Positions 9,989-19,206 of a DNA stretch of 64,000 bases are shown here, piece after piece. The notes beneath the pieces were generated by a model. The model was not told where the DNA came from. It saw only the letters and a program-made list of their open reading frames with translations, and ran no database searches. The position numbers and the translations under genes are program-made. How positions within the stretch are numbered: position 1 is the stretch's first letter; each line of letters opens with the position of its first letter. Source of the stretch: an uncultured Verrucomicrobiae bacterium (GTDB lineage: Bacteria > Verrucomicrobiota > Verrucomicrobiia > Limisphaerales > Palsa-1400); contig CAVPOM010000005.1 of assembly GCA_963707025.1 (NCBI GenBank), positions 1 through 64,000 of the forward strand, read 5' to 3'.

Positions 9989-10081
9989 CCGTTACACCGT
10001 TACAGTTGTTGATTATCAAGGGTTTACGAAAAGTGCCCCCGTTACATCCCGTTACATTTTGTTACATTCAGCTTACCGCCC
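9989..10081 (+). repeat. 93-bp direct repeat, copy 2
   Basis: Same as 9772-9864; period 217 bp. Confidence 0.95.
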
Positions 10082-10368
10082 TTCATCAGCTCGGTCAACT
10101 GAGCAATCACGCCCCTCCCCGTTCTTCAGAGGCACGCTTTTTCCCTCAAAGCGAAAAAGCCAAAGTTGCGAGACCATAGCTTGGTCCAATAAAATGCGTA
10201 ACAGCCTGTAAATCATTGAGTTATAGATGGGTCTATACAGGCCCATTATACCCTCTCACCATGGGGCCCGTGCGATGCCAGCGCCCTGAGAAAGCGCGCC
10301 CCAAGGGCCTTCCGCCGCACTTCCTGGCATTTATCATTTGAGACCTTCGCAAAACGCGCGTCCACGAT

Positions 10369-10441
10369 TGCAGCGGCGGTCTTTGACCGCCGCAAACCAG
10401 GGGAAATAACGGCATGGCGACGGTCATAGACCGCCGCTACA
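10369..10441. repeat. GTAG-type REP inverted doublet
   Basis: TGCAGCGGCGGTCTTTGACCGCCGC and, inverted, TGTAGCGGCGGTCTATGACCGTCGCC. Confidence 0.8.
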
Positions 10442-10599
10442 CGGGTTTTGCAGAGGTCTCCATTTATCGTTTCGCATTCAAAATTTCCTCTGCCGCCATT
10501 CCCCTCCGTGTCCTCCGTTTCCTGTTCAAAACCCTGGGATCGCGCAAAAATAAGTTCCTGACAGGAGGCGTAAATCAAAGATTTTCAAAGGAAGTCGAG

Positions 10600-10693
10600 G
10601 TCAGAAAAATGGAGTCAGAAAAATGCGATTGGCCCGTTTCCCTCTGAACGGGTGGGCGGGGTGCATTATGTTTTTGACCCGGATGTTTTTGAC
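10600..10693. repeat. Inverted doublet repeat GTCAGAAAAAT x2 ... ATGTTTTTGAC x2
   Basis: Two tandem units facing two near-complementary tandem units. Confidence 0.7.
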
Positions 10694-10738
10694 ATTGTCT
10701 TCGAGAAAAATCGGGAATAGTTTTTGCGCACGCCCTTC

Positions 10739-10900
10739 GCCAATGAGGATTCCTACTGCCGGATTGATTACATACTGATCAGCCACGGTTTGCAACGGGA
10801 CTGGCGGAGCGAGGAGACTTACGTGTTGAATTTGCCGGATTGGGGAGTGGCGTCGGACCATCGTCCGCTGGTGGCGGGGTTCATGGCGCGGGAGAGGCGA
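10739..10900 (+). pseudogene. Orphan duplicate of the last 54 codons of the EEP gene (9528-9689)
   Basis: 151/162 nt identical, no indels; the stop TGA is CGA here. Confidence 0.92.
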
Positions 10901-10921
10901 TTCGCAAAGAGTCGTGGGAAT

Positions 10922-12592
10922 TCAGCGGGCGGAAGGAGCGGGGCGAAAGGTTCCGCGCGGTTCCAGAAGGCCTTCGCGGAATCGGCTGAGGAGGTTGAAT
11001 CTGCCTGCCGCGAGGACTATCAGGTCGGCGGTGAGCGAAGGGATGGCCCAAAGCAAGGCGAAGAGGGGCGCCGGGTTGGCTTGATTGGCCAGCAGGTGCA
11101 GGTGCTCAAGCCAAGCGGGTGTATGGTTTATTTGCCAAACGGCACAGAAAATGGAAAGGGCCAGGGAGACCAGGCCGGGCAGGAGAACGGCCCACCAAAA
11201 TGAAAGCATGATAACCCGGATGGGTTTTCGCCCGGTCAACCCCAGCCGCATGCTCAACCAACTGATCGCATACGAGTCGGCCACGAGGAAGGCGCCGGTG
11301 ATCGGGTAAATAAAGAGATCGGCCTGGCGACTGTCCGGATCGGTCTCATGGCGCAAAGCCATGCTCATAAAAAGAACATCCACGAGCAGAACGGCGGCGA
11401 CCGGCGCGGCGAACTGGCGCCACAAGGCCTTGCGCTGGCCCCGGATAATTTGCTTCGCGCTCAACGGAGTGGTGAGGAGCAGTTCCAGCGCGCCGCTGCG
11501 GCGGTCCTCGGCGAAACAACGGCAGGCTTCCGAGGCGATCCAGACTTTCAAGACGAAATGGACCGCCGCCGCGCAGAAGAAGTCGGTTGACTCATCAAAC
11601 AGGTAGCGGTTCTGGGCCAATTTGCCGCAAACGAACCAGCCGGCGGCGGCGACGGCCAAGAACACCCAGGGCGCAATCTGCTTGGCGCGGGAATGACCGG
11701 CGCGCCAAAGAAAGGGATTGATGGCGAGCAATTTTTGGCGCGCGGCGGCGCGCGCGGCGGCGCTGCCCCGGCAAAGCATGCGCCAGCGGTCGCGCCACTT
11801 GCCCCGCTTGGGGGCGGCGGCCGGTTCCTGCCAGGAACGGGGGACGATCCAGCAGGCCAGGAGCAAATATGTCCAGGAATAGGACTGGGTGACGAGGGCA
11901 TTGCACCAAAAAAGCGCAGGCCAGCCTTTTTGGTTGTAGTTGTCAGCAAAGGCCGCCACGCAGCCCAAGGCCGGACAGGGCAGCCAGATCCAGTCGGAAT
12001 CGAAATGGGGATTGCGCAGGGTCAGAAAGGAGTTGAGCACCGACGAAGCCAGCAGAGTGGCCAGGCCGATGAAAACGGACAGGGCCAGCGCGCGTTGTTC
12101 CTGGCGGCAAACCGCGGAGGAAAAAATGCCGGCACTCAAAAAAAAGAAAAGGAGGTTGGCCGCAACCAGAGCGACGCGCCAGACTTCGGCGTTGGCCACG
12201 CCGCCCAGCAGGAGGGGAACGGCCAGGACGGGCAGGAGCGAGAGGATGCTGTAGAAGGCATGGAGGGAGGTGGCCGCCAGTTTGCCGAACACGATGTCAT
12301 AGCCGCGCAAATCGGTGAGAAAGAGCAGGCCGAGTGTTCCCTCCCTTCTTTCGGAGCTCAAGCAATCGCAGGTCAGTTGTGTGCCCGCGATGGCGACGTA
12401 AAAGAAGATGAGCAGGGCCAGGGTGAGGAACAAGGCAAGACCGGTTTCCTTTTGATCGGACGAATCCACCAGGAGCAAAACGACCCCTGAGGCCAGGAGG
12501 GCGAGGAGGGCGGCGCTGAAGCGGCCCCAATAGGTCCAGCGCCGGCGCGAGGCGACGCGCAGTTCGCGCGCGACGATGGGGAGGAAGGTCAT
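10922..12592 (-). CDS. ABC-2-type transporter permease-like membrane protein (two repeated halves)
   Basis: MTFLPIVARELR; ERREGTLGLLFLTDL and EDRRSGALELLLTTPL repeats; many transmembrane segments. Confidence 0.85.
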   Translation of the reverse strand: MTFLPIVARELRVASRRRWTYWGRFSAALLALLASGVVLLLVDSSDQKETGLALFLTLALLIFFYVAIAGTQLTCDCLSSERREGTLGLLFLTDLRGYDIVFGKLAATSLHAFYSILSLLPVLAVPLLLGGVANAEVWRVALVAANLLFFFLSAGIFSSAVCRQEQRALALSVFIGLATLLASSVLNSFLTLRNPHFDSDWIWLPCPALGCVAAFADNYNQKGWPALFWCNALVTQSYSWTYLLLACWIVPRSWQEPAAAPKRGKWRDRWRMLCRGSAAARAAARQKLLAINPFLWRAGHSRAKQIAPWVFLAVAAAGWFVCGKLAQNRYLFDESTDFFCAAAVHFVLKVWIASEACRCFAEDRRSGALELLLTTPLSAKQIIRGQRKALWRQFAAPVAAVLLVDVLFMSMALRHETDPDSRQADLFIYPITGAFLVADSYAISWLSMRLGLTGRKPIRVIMLSFWWAVLLPGLVSLALSIFCAVWQINHTPAWLEHLHLLANQANPAPLFALLWAIPSLTADLIVLAAGRFNLLSRFREGLLEPRGTFRPAPSAR

Positions 12593-12617
12593 GGAGGCAG
12601 AGTGGACTGGCCGCAAT

Positions 12618-13100
12618 TCATTCCCTGGCGAGATCGAGAATGTTTCTCACAGTTTCGGGTGTGAGCCGGAATCCCAATGCGGCCAATTGGTTGAGCACAG
12701 GACGAAGCGCTTGGAGATGTCCTGCCTTTTTGGCGCGGAGAAGGATTCCTGCCGTGCCGAGCAAGGGGAGATTCAAATGAACCGCCGCCTGCCGCGCCAT
12801 TTTATCGTCCAGAACGACCCACGATCCTGGATTCTCCAACGCGAGCGACAACACCGCTGATTCGCCCGCGCCAAGCTCCCAGGAGAGCAGTCCGCCGACC
12901 GGACTGGCCGGGCTTCGGAGGTCAATCCACGCAAGAGCCTCCGGTTCGGGCAGCGAAACGCCAAGTCGGCGGCCGGCGGCGATCTCCGCGACCACAGCTT
13001 CGGGGACAATGATGCGGCCAAACAGTTTTGGAAAAAGATGCAACTGCCCAACCTGGTGCAGATATTGGAGCGGCGAGCTATTGACGATGACATCAGCCAA
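12618..13100 (-). CDS. DUF3368 / PIN-domain protein (putative toxin)
   Basis: IVNSSPL, VPEAVVAE, LGAGESAVL, LDDKMAR, GTAGIL. Confidence 0.88.
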   Translation of the reverse strand: MADVIVNSSPLQYLHQVGQLHLFPKLFGRIIVPEAVVAEIAAGRRLGVSLPEPEALAWIDLRSPASPVGGLLSWELGAGESAVLSLALENPGSWVVLDDKMARQAAVHLNLPLLGTAGILLRAKKAGHLQALRPVLNQLAALGFRLTPETVRNILDLARE

Positions 13101-13344
13101 GAGTCAACTCCCGTTGCAGTTCCTCTTTCTTCAGATCAAACGTGCAGGCCCCGTAGACAGCGAGCTTGGCCAGAAAAAGGGGCTTGGGCAGGCCGGCAAG
13201 TTCCGCGGCAGCGCCGGAAGAAAGCCTGCCGAGTTCGTAAAGTTTGACGGCAGCCGCGAGAAGCAGTTCCCCGCCCAATGCCTCGTCCGGCACTTTCAGC
13301 GCCAGCGAGGCCGTCTCCGGCAGATTCATCGTGATCTTCGACAT
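13093..13344 (-). CDS. UPF0175-family protein (putative antitoxin)
   Basis: AAVKLYELGRLSSGAAAELAG; overlaps the start of the PIN gene. Confidence 0.88.
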   Translation of the reverse strand: MSKITMNLPETASLALKVPDEALGGELLLAAAVKLYELGRLSSGAAAELAGLPKPLFLAKLAVYGACTFDLKKEELQRELTLG

Positions 13345-13409
13345 GCCCCAAAGTTACGCCGCAATGGGGTGACCGTCAAACATTCCTCCATGCGGCCGAA
13401 TTGAGAATT

Positions 13410-15287
13410 CTAAGCAACCTTGGCGGCCAAAGGTTGCTGCTTGAGTTGGTTGAGGCGCGCCTTTTTTTGCAGGAGATCGAGCGTCGTGGCATCGTCCAAC
13501 TTACCCGATTCGAACCGCTGATTGAGGGCGGCCAGTTGACGGTCAATGTAGTTGTCGCGCAGGTTTTTGACGACGCCGTCCCTAGTGGGGGAACCTCGAA
13601 CTGACTCTTCCGGATTGCGCATCGGACGCTTATCCACCAGCAGTTCTGTAACCAAATTCTGCCATCCCGGATTTTCCAATTCGGAAATCCAAGGGCCAAC
13701 GCCCGGCCAAGATTGGGTTTCTTCAATTCGTATCCGCTCCGTCACAATAGCGCGGACAACCGGGTGCGCGATCCATTCCAAATCCAAATGGGCGGCAATC
13801 CATTCGACGAAGGAATCGTTTTCCAGCAAAAGGCGGAGGAGGCCGGCTTCCTGGGGCGAAGGCTGGTCCATGGTCGAAGTAGGATTGAACATCTCCCGAA
13901 TCATTCTTAGGAGGCCCTCTTTCTGGGGCGAGGGGCGGCCCATGTCCCCGCCTTTCTGATCGGGGCCTTCTTCCTTGGTGGAGGCGGAGGAGCGGGCTGT
14001 CTTTTTGAATTCCTTGCGCACGGATTCGGCGGCAACTCCGAGGCGCAAGGCGGTTTTTTGGGCGTAAGTGTCAAGCAGAACGGCGCTGCCGGTTTTGTGG
14101 ACGGCTTCGGACATGGCCTGGGCCACGGCGCGGCGTCCGCGGTCGGCGGCCAGGTCGTTGGAAGCGCACAATTGGTCCAAATAGAAATCAAAAAAGCCGG
14201 GGGCCTTCTGGATTAAATCCGCGAAGGCCGGCCCGCCAAATTCCTTGACGTAGCTGTCCGGGTCGTGCGGCGCGGGAATGGAAGCGACGCGGACGGCCAG
14301 GCCGGAGGCGAGCAGGCAGTCGAGGGAGCGCACGGCGGCGTTGCGGCCGGCGTTGTCGGAATCGAAGCAGAGGACCACTTCATCGGCGTAGCGTTTGAGG
14401 ATGCGGGCGTGGTCGGCGGTCAGGGCGGTGCCCTGGGGGGCGACCATGTTCTTGACACCCGCCATGAAAGAGGCGATGAAATCGAGCTGGCCTTCGCAGA
14501 TGACGGCGCAGCGGGCGTCGAGGATGGCGCGCTTGGATTTGTCCAGGCCGAACATGACGCGGCCCTTGCTGAAGATGGGGCTTTCCGGGGAATTGACGTA
14601 TTTGGCGGTCTTCTCGTCGCCGCTGAGCACCCGGCCGCTGAAAGCGATGACGCGGCCCTGTTCGTCGCAGATGGGAAAGATCAAGCGGCCGCGAAAGCGG
14701 TCGTAATAATGATCGGACCCTTCCTTGCGAAGAATCAGTCCGGCCTGTTCGACGGTGGCAGGCTCAAAGTGTTTGCTTTTGGCCCAGTTGACCGTGTCGT
14801 CCCAGAGGTCGGGGGCGTAGCCGAGGCGGAAGAGTTGGACGGCCTCCGGGGAGACGGCGCGTTTGGCCAGGTAATCGCGGGCCAGGGCGGCGGCCGGATC
14901 GGCGGCGAGGGCGGATTGCCATCGCTGGGTGATTTGCTCGTGAATGAGGAGGAGCTGGTCTTTGAGATGGCGCGATTGGGTCTGGCCGGCCGGGGAATCG
15001 GTTTCCAAGGGGATGCGGGCGCGTTCGGCCAGGCGGCGGAGGGCGTCCATAAAATCAATGTTCTCATATTCGCGAACGAAGGTGAAGACGTCGCCGCCCT
15101 TGTGGCAGCCGAAGCAATGAAAGAACTGGCGTTGTGGGCTGACGTGGAAGCTGGGTGATTTTTCCTTGTGGAAGGGGCAGAGGGCGACGAAGTTGGCGCC
15201 GGCGCGTTTGAGTGGGATGTAGGAGCCGATCACGTCCACAATATCGCTGGCGGCCCGGATTTGTTCTTTGGTGGCTGGGGAAATCAT
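13410..15287 (-). CDS. dnaG: DNA primase
   Basis: CHC2 zinc finger CPFHKEKSPSF...CFGC, DRFRGRLIFPI, KYVNSPES, TOPRIM EGQLD and CFDSD. Confidence 0.97.
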   Translation of the reverse strand: MISPATKEQIRAASDIVDVIGSYIPLKRAGANFVALCPFHKEKSPSFHVSPQRQFFHCFGCHKGGDVFTFVREYENIDFMDALRRLAERARIPLETDSPAGQTQSRHLKDQLLLIHEQITQRWQSALAADPAAALARDYLAKRAVSPEAVQLFRLGYAPDLWDDTVNWAKSKHFEPATVEQAGLILRKEGSDHYYDRFRGRLIFPICDEQGRVIAFSGRVLSGDEKTAKYVNSPESPIFSKGRVMFGLDKSKRAILDARCAVICEGQLDFIASFMAGVKNMVAPQGTALTADHARILKRYADEVVLCFDSDNAGRNAAVRSLDCLLASGLAVRVASIPAPHDPDSYVKEFGGPAFADLIQKAPGFFDFYLDQLCASNDLAADRGRRAVAQAMSEAVHKTGSAVLLDTYAQKTALRLGVAAESVRKEFKKTARSSASTKEEGPDQKGGDMGRPSPQKEGLLRMIREMFNPTSTMDQPSPQEAGLLRLLLENDSFVEWIAAHLDLEWIAHPVVRAIVTERIRIEETQSWPGVGPWISELENPGWQNLVTELLVDKRPMRNPEESVRGSPTRDGVVKNLRDNYIDRQLAALNQRFESGKLDDATTLDLLQKKARLNQLKQQPLAAKVA

Positions 15288-15315
15288 GGCACCGGGGGCG
15301 GGGCGGCGCGCCGGT

Positions 15316-15999
15316 CTATTTCTTGACCGGCCCCAGGGAATTATCAATGGCGTCCTGCAATCTTTTCTTGGGGGATTCGACCTTGGGGCGTTCGGATGGG
15401 GTGACGGTGGGGATGAGGAAGTCGGACAGATTTTCCTGGACGAACTTGCCGGAGAAGGATTGGTAGAAAACAGCCTGCTCGATGCTGCCGTAGATGTAAC
15501 GGGGAGGATGAATGTCCTCCAAATTCTTTTTCATTTGGGCGTTGATGTCGTCCAGTTCGGCCCTGGTGACGATGCGGGAATGCATGAAGGCCAGGAGGAC
15601 GAGCAACATGGCGGCAAAGCGCACCAGGCCGGCGAGCATTCCCAAATAGTACTCCCATCGCCCGAACAGGTCGCTGCCGGTGAGTTTGTCGCCCAACAAA
15701 TGCTTGAGCAGGGCAAAGCACAGGGCCAGGGTGAAAGCGATGAGGGCGTAGCCGATGAGGAAGGACCACTGCACGTTAAAGGCGCCGCCGGTGTATCCGC
15801 GGATGAAGCCGCCCAAAGGCTGATTCAGATAGCCGGCCAGGAAGAAGGTGGCAACCCAATAAAAGACGGGCAGAAGTTCCTGGGTCATGCCCTGCTTGCG
15901 CCCGCGCAGCAAGCCGACGATCAGCCAGATGAGCACAATCACATCAACGTAGTTGAAGGAGAGATTCCTAAAGAAATCCTGGACTTGATTGGCCATCAT
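15316..15999 (-). CDS. CvpA (colicin V production) family membrane protein
   Basis: NYVDVIVLIWLIVGLLRGRKQGMTQE and LGMLAGLVR; four transmembrane segments. Confidence 0.8.
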   Translation of the reverse strand: MMANQVQDFFRNLSFNYVDVIVLIWLIVGLLRGRKQGMTQELLPVFYWVATFFLAGYLNQPLGGFIRGYTGGAFNVQWSFLIGYALIAFTLALCFALLKHLLGDKLTGSDLFGRWEYYLGMLAGLVRFAAMLLVLLAFMHSRIVTRAELDDINAQMKKNLEDIHPPRYIYGSIEQAVFYQSFSGKFVQENLSDFLIPTVTPSERPKVESPKKRLQDAIDNSLGPVKK

Positions 16000-16071
16000 G
16001 GAAGTGAGTATAGCAAGAATCCTGCCGGAATGGCGAGATTAAAATCGAAGGCCTGAAATCAACCCGCCGGA

Positions 16072-17910
16072 CTAAGGCTCCGGGTTGTGTTGCAGCCAGG
16101 CGCGCAGGGCCGGCGCCTGGGCGTTTTGCGGGTCCTTTTCCAGGACTTTGAGGTAATGGCCGCGCGCGAAGTCGGCCTGGCCGAGTTTTTGGGCGTAAAG
16201 ATTGCCCAGGAGCAGATGGGCCCGGGTCTCATCGGGATGCTGGGCCAGCAGTTTTTCCAGTTCGTTGGCGGCGTCCTGGGGATAATCCATCTTCTCCAGC
16301 GCCCAGGCATAGCCGTAGCGGGCATTGGGGGATTCGGGCTGGAGGGCCAGGGCGTGGTGCAAGGCCTCCAAGGCGATGGCATATTCTTCCGACTTAATGG
16401 CCGCCAGGCCCAGCGCCTCGCAGGCGTTGTAATCGGCCGGGTCCGCCCTGACCGCCTTGCCATAGCTGTCCACCGCATCCTGCCAGCGGGATTCCTTGGC
16501 GGCGGCGTCGCCTTGCCTGGCCAGGCGCTCGGCTTCGGCGCGATTGCCCTGATTAGTGCTCGCCGGCGGCGCGACATAGTGGGCGGCGGGATGCGGCGCG
16601 GGCAACGGGGTGACACCCGCCGGATTTCCGGCGGGGGCGGGCGCGGATTGGGCGGGCGGTTGCGCCGGCTTGGTTTTTCCACCAAACAGCCTGGACAACA
16701 GAGAAGGCTTGCGGACGACGGTGGGGGCCAGAACAAGGTGTGTTGCCGGGGCGGTCTTTTCCGGCACGACCGCCGTGTCGGAGCCACCCGGGGACGGGGC
16801 GCCGCGTGCCGGCAAAACCGGCACGTTCGACTGGGCGCCGCCCGCGGCCAGGCGGGTTGGCGCCGGCTGCTCCGGAATGGCCGCGGGAACGGTGGCGGGC
16901 GGGGCAGGATTGGCCACTGCGGGCGCGGGCGCGGGTGCGGGTGGCGGGGCGGGAACGGGCGCGCCCGCGCGCTGGGGCGCATTGCTTGATTTCTGCATGT
17001 AGAATCCATTGCTGGAGGGGGTCACGGCTGGCGGCGCTTGCTCCGGCGCGCGAGCGGGACGCTGCGCGCTGAATCGCTTGGTCTTGTCCAGATTTGTCAC
17101 GAGGAAGGCTACTTCGCTGGCGTGAGGAGGAGGCGGATCCAGCGCGAGATAATTGCGATAGGCGTCAATGGCCGACTGGACGTCGCCATACTTGTAGAGG
17201 CCGGCCGGATCATAGACGACGGCGAGATTGAACAAGGCCGGCGCATAGCGGCGGTCGAGGAGCAAGGCACTCCTGAACTTGACGACGGCATTGGAGATGG
17301 CCTCGCGCGAAGGGGGGGGCTTGCGCAACAGGTCAATCATGGCCAGGTAATTCCAGGCTTCGGCGGTGGCCTGGATGCGTTGGGAGACATCAAAGGCTTT
17401 GCGGGCGTTTTCGAAATAGAACTGGCGGTTTGCGGGCGTCACGCCAGAGCTGGCGGTGGCCAGGCGGTAATTGACCACACCCAGCTTGATATATCCGTAA
17501 CAATCCCGCACGCGCACGCTGGTGTAGGTGGTCAAGGCATCCTTGGCGCCGGCCAAATTGTTCTGCTCCAGGTCCAGGCAGCCCAGGTTGTAATTGGCCT
17601 CCGCCGCGGCGTTCCGGTCCAAGGCCAGGGCCTGCCCATAACACTCCCGGGCCCGGGCCGCGTTGCCCGCGTGGTGAAAGGCCAGTCCGAGCAGATTGCG
17701 CGCTTTGGCCTGCACCGGCAAGGCCTCTTTGCCGAGCAAGTTGGTCGCCAACTGCAGCGTCTGGATGGCCTCGTCATACTTGCCGGATTGAACCAGGCGA
17801 TCCCCCTTGTGCAGGGCGCGGAAACCCGGAGGCCCGCAGCCGGTCAGGACCAAACAGGCGGCGACGACGATGGCCGGCGCAAGGCGCCCCCCTTTTTTTA
17901 TCGTCAGCAT
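16072..17910 (-). CDS. Tetratricopeptide-repeat lipoprotein with Pro/Ala-rich linker
   Basis: Lipobox LTGC; TPR motifs (ARNLLGLAF, ANYNLG, AHLLLGNLY). The upstream part of ORF 16072..18801 is antisense to the DUF362 gene. Confidence 0.85.
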   Translation of the reverse strand: MLTIKKGGRLAPAIVVAACLVLTGCGPPGFRALHKGDRLVQSGKYDEAIQTLQLATNLLGKEALPVQAKARNLLGLAFHHAGNAARARECYGQALALDRNAAAEANYNLGCLDLEQNNLAGAKDALTTYTSVRVRDCYGYIKLGVVNYRLATASSGVTPANRQFYFENARKAFDVSQRIQATAEAWNYLAMIDLLRKPPPSREAISNAVVKFRSALLLDRRYAPALFNLAVVYDPAGLYKYGDVQSAIDAYRNYLALDPPPPHASEVAFLVTNLDKTKRFSAQRPARAPEQAPPAVTPSSNGFYMQKSSNAPQRAGAPVPAPPPAPAPAPAVANPAPPATVPAAIPEQPAPTRLAAGGAQSNVPVLPARGAPSPGGSDTAVVPEKTAPATHLVLAPTVVRKPSLLSRLFGGKTKPAQPPAQSAPAPAGNPAGVTPLPAPHPAAHYVAPPASTNQGNRAEAERLARQGDAAAKESRWQDAVDSYGKAVRADPADYNACEALGLAAIKSEEYAIALEALHHALALQPESPNARYGYAWALEKMDYPQDAANELEKLLAQHPDETRAHLLLGNLYAQKLGQADFARGHYLKVLEKDPQNAQAPALRAWLQHNPEP

Positions 17911-17967
17911 CTCCCCAGCGTGGTAGCATTGCGCGCCGTTGGTGTCAAGATGCGCTGACGGCGGAGT

Positions 17968-19002
17968 GTGAGAAAAACCTGTGTTTTTTGGATGATTTGT
18001 CTCGCGGCGGCGGATCCTCTCACCGGCCGCGGCGGCGTGGCCGGGGGGAGCGGGCCGCCGGTCCGGTCCCGGGTGGTGATGGTGGAAGACGCCCAGGCGA
18101 CCTCGGCCTTCGAACCGCAGCCGGCCATCGTGCAGGACATGGTGGGCCGCGCCCTGTTGAAGCTGACCGGCAAGGAGGATGTGGTGCAGGCCTGGCGCAC
18201 GGTTGTGGCCACGCAGGATGTGGTGGGCCTGAAGGTTTATTGCGCGCCGGGACCCACCAGCGGGACGCGGCCCGCCGTGGTCAGCGCGGTGGTGCGGGGA
18301 CTGCTGGCGGCCGGACTGCCCCCGCATCACATCATCATCTGGGACAAGCAACTGGCGGACTTGCGCGCGGCCGGTTTCGACGACGTGGCGCAGCGCTACG
18401 ACGTGCGGGTGGCCGGCAGCGCCAACCGCGGCTACGACGAAAAGACCTTTTACGACAAGGAACTGCCGGGCGAACTGGGGTCGGGCGATCTTGAGTTTGA
18501 CAAGTACGGAGCGAAAACCGGGCGCAAATCCTACGTGAGCAAATTGTTGACCGGGGACATGACCAAGATCATTACCATCACGCCGCTGCTCAACCACAAT
18601 TTGGCGGGAGTGACCGGGAACCTCTACAGCCTGGCGACCGGCAGCGTGGACAATGTAGGGCGGTTCGAGTCGCAGGCGGCGCGGCTGGCGGAGGCGGTGC
18701 CGGAGATTTACGCCTTGCCCGCCTTGAGCGATCATGTGGCGCTGTGCATCACCGACGCGCTGATTGGGCAGTATGAAGGGGAGAATATGAGCCTGCTCCA
18801 CTACTCCACCGCCTTGAACCAGATCTGGATGAGCAAAGATCCGGTGGCGTTGGACGTGCTGGCCATTCAGGAACTGGACCGGGAGCGGCAGGCCCGCAAA
18901 ATGAGCGCGGGCAAACCGAACGCGGAGCTATACCACAACGCCTGGGAGTTGTGGCTGGGCGTGAGCGATCCGGCCAAAGTGCAGGTGGATCTGGTGAAGT
19001 AA
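17968..19002 (+). CDS. DUF362-domain protein
   Basis: DVVGLKV, IIIWD, ITPLLNHNLAGVTG, SKDPVALD. Confidence 0.78.
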   Translation: MRKTCVFWMICLAAADPLTGRGGVAGGSGPPVRSRVVMVEDAQATSAFEPQPAIVQDMVGRALLKLTGKEDVVQAWRTVVATQDVVGLKVYCAPGPTSGTRPAVVSAVVRGLLAAGLPPHHIIIWDKQLADLRAAGFDDVAQRYDVRVAGSANRGYDEKTFYDKELPGELGSGDLEFDKYGAKTGRKSYVSKLLTGDMTKIITITPLLNHNLAGVTGNLYSLATGSVDNVGRFESQAARLAEAVPEIYALPALSDHVALCITDALIGQYEGENMSLLHYSTALNQIWMSKDPVALDVLAIQELDRERQARKMSAGKPNAELYHNAWELWLGVSDPAKVQVDLVK

Positions 19003-19171
19003 GCAGGCCGCGTTGGTGAAGCAGCCTGGCGAAACATCTTTTTGCGGGGCCGCTTGATTTAGGCTTTAAATTTTGGCAAAATCGGACGATGATATATAGG
19101 GCTGCCCGTTGGGGCGGCCGGAAGAGCGCGCCGGCGGCGGGAAAGCAGGAAGGGGCCATCGGACTTCGCGC

Positions 19172-19199
19172 TTGAGCATAAATTTTTTTCCGGTAAGAT
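19172..19199 (+). promoter_or_regulatory. Putative sigma70-type promoter for rpoN (leaderless geometry)
   Basis: TTGAGC-16 nt-TAAGAT ending 7 nt before the ATG at 19207. Confidence 0.5.
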
Positions 19200-19206
19200 C
19201 GAAGCG

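Noticed and set aside
9772..10081. CRISPR array
   Set aside because: Only two units, 93 bp long with a 124-bp spacer, and no cas genes.
9528..10900. Diversity-generating retroelement TR/VR pair (near-identical repeat at a gene 3' end, with an RT in the window)
   Set aside because: Only 3 of the 11 mismatches involve adenine, and they go in both directions; many are C/G synonymous changes. The RT sits inside a group II intron with domains V and VI, and no avd-like gene is seen.
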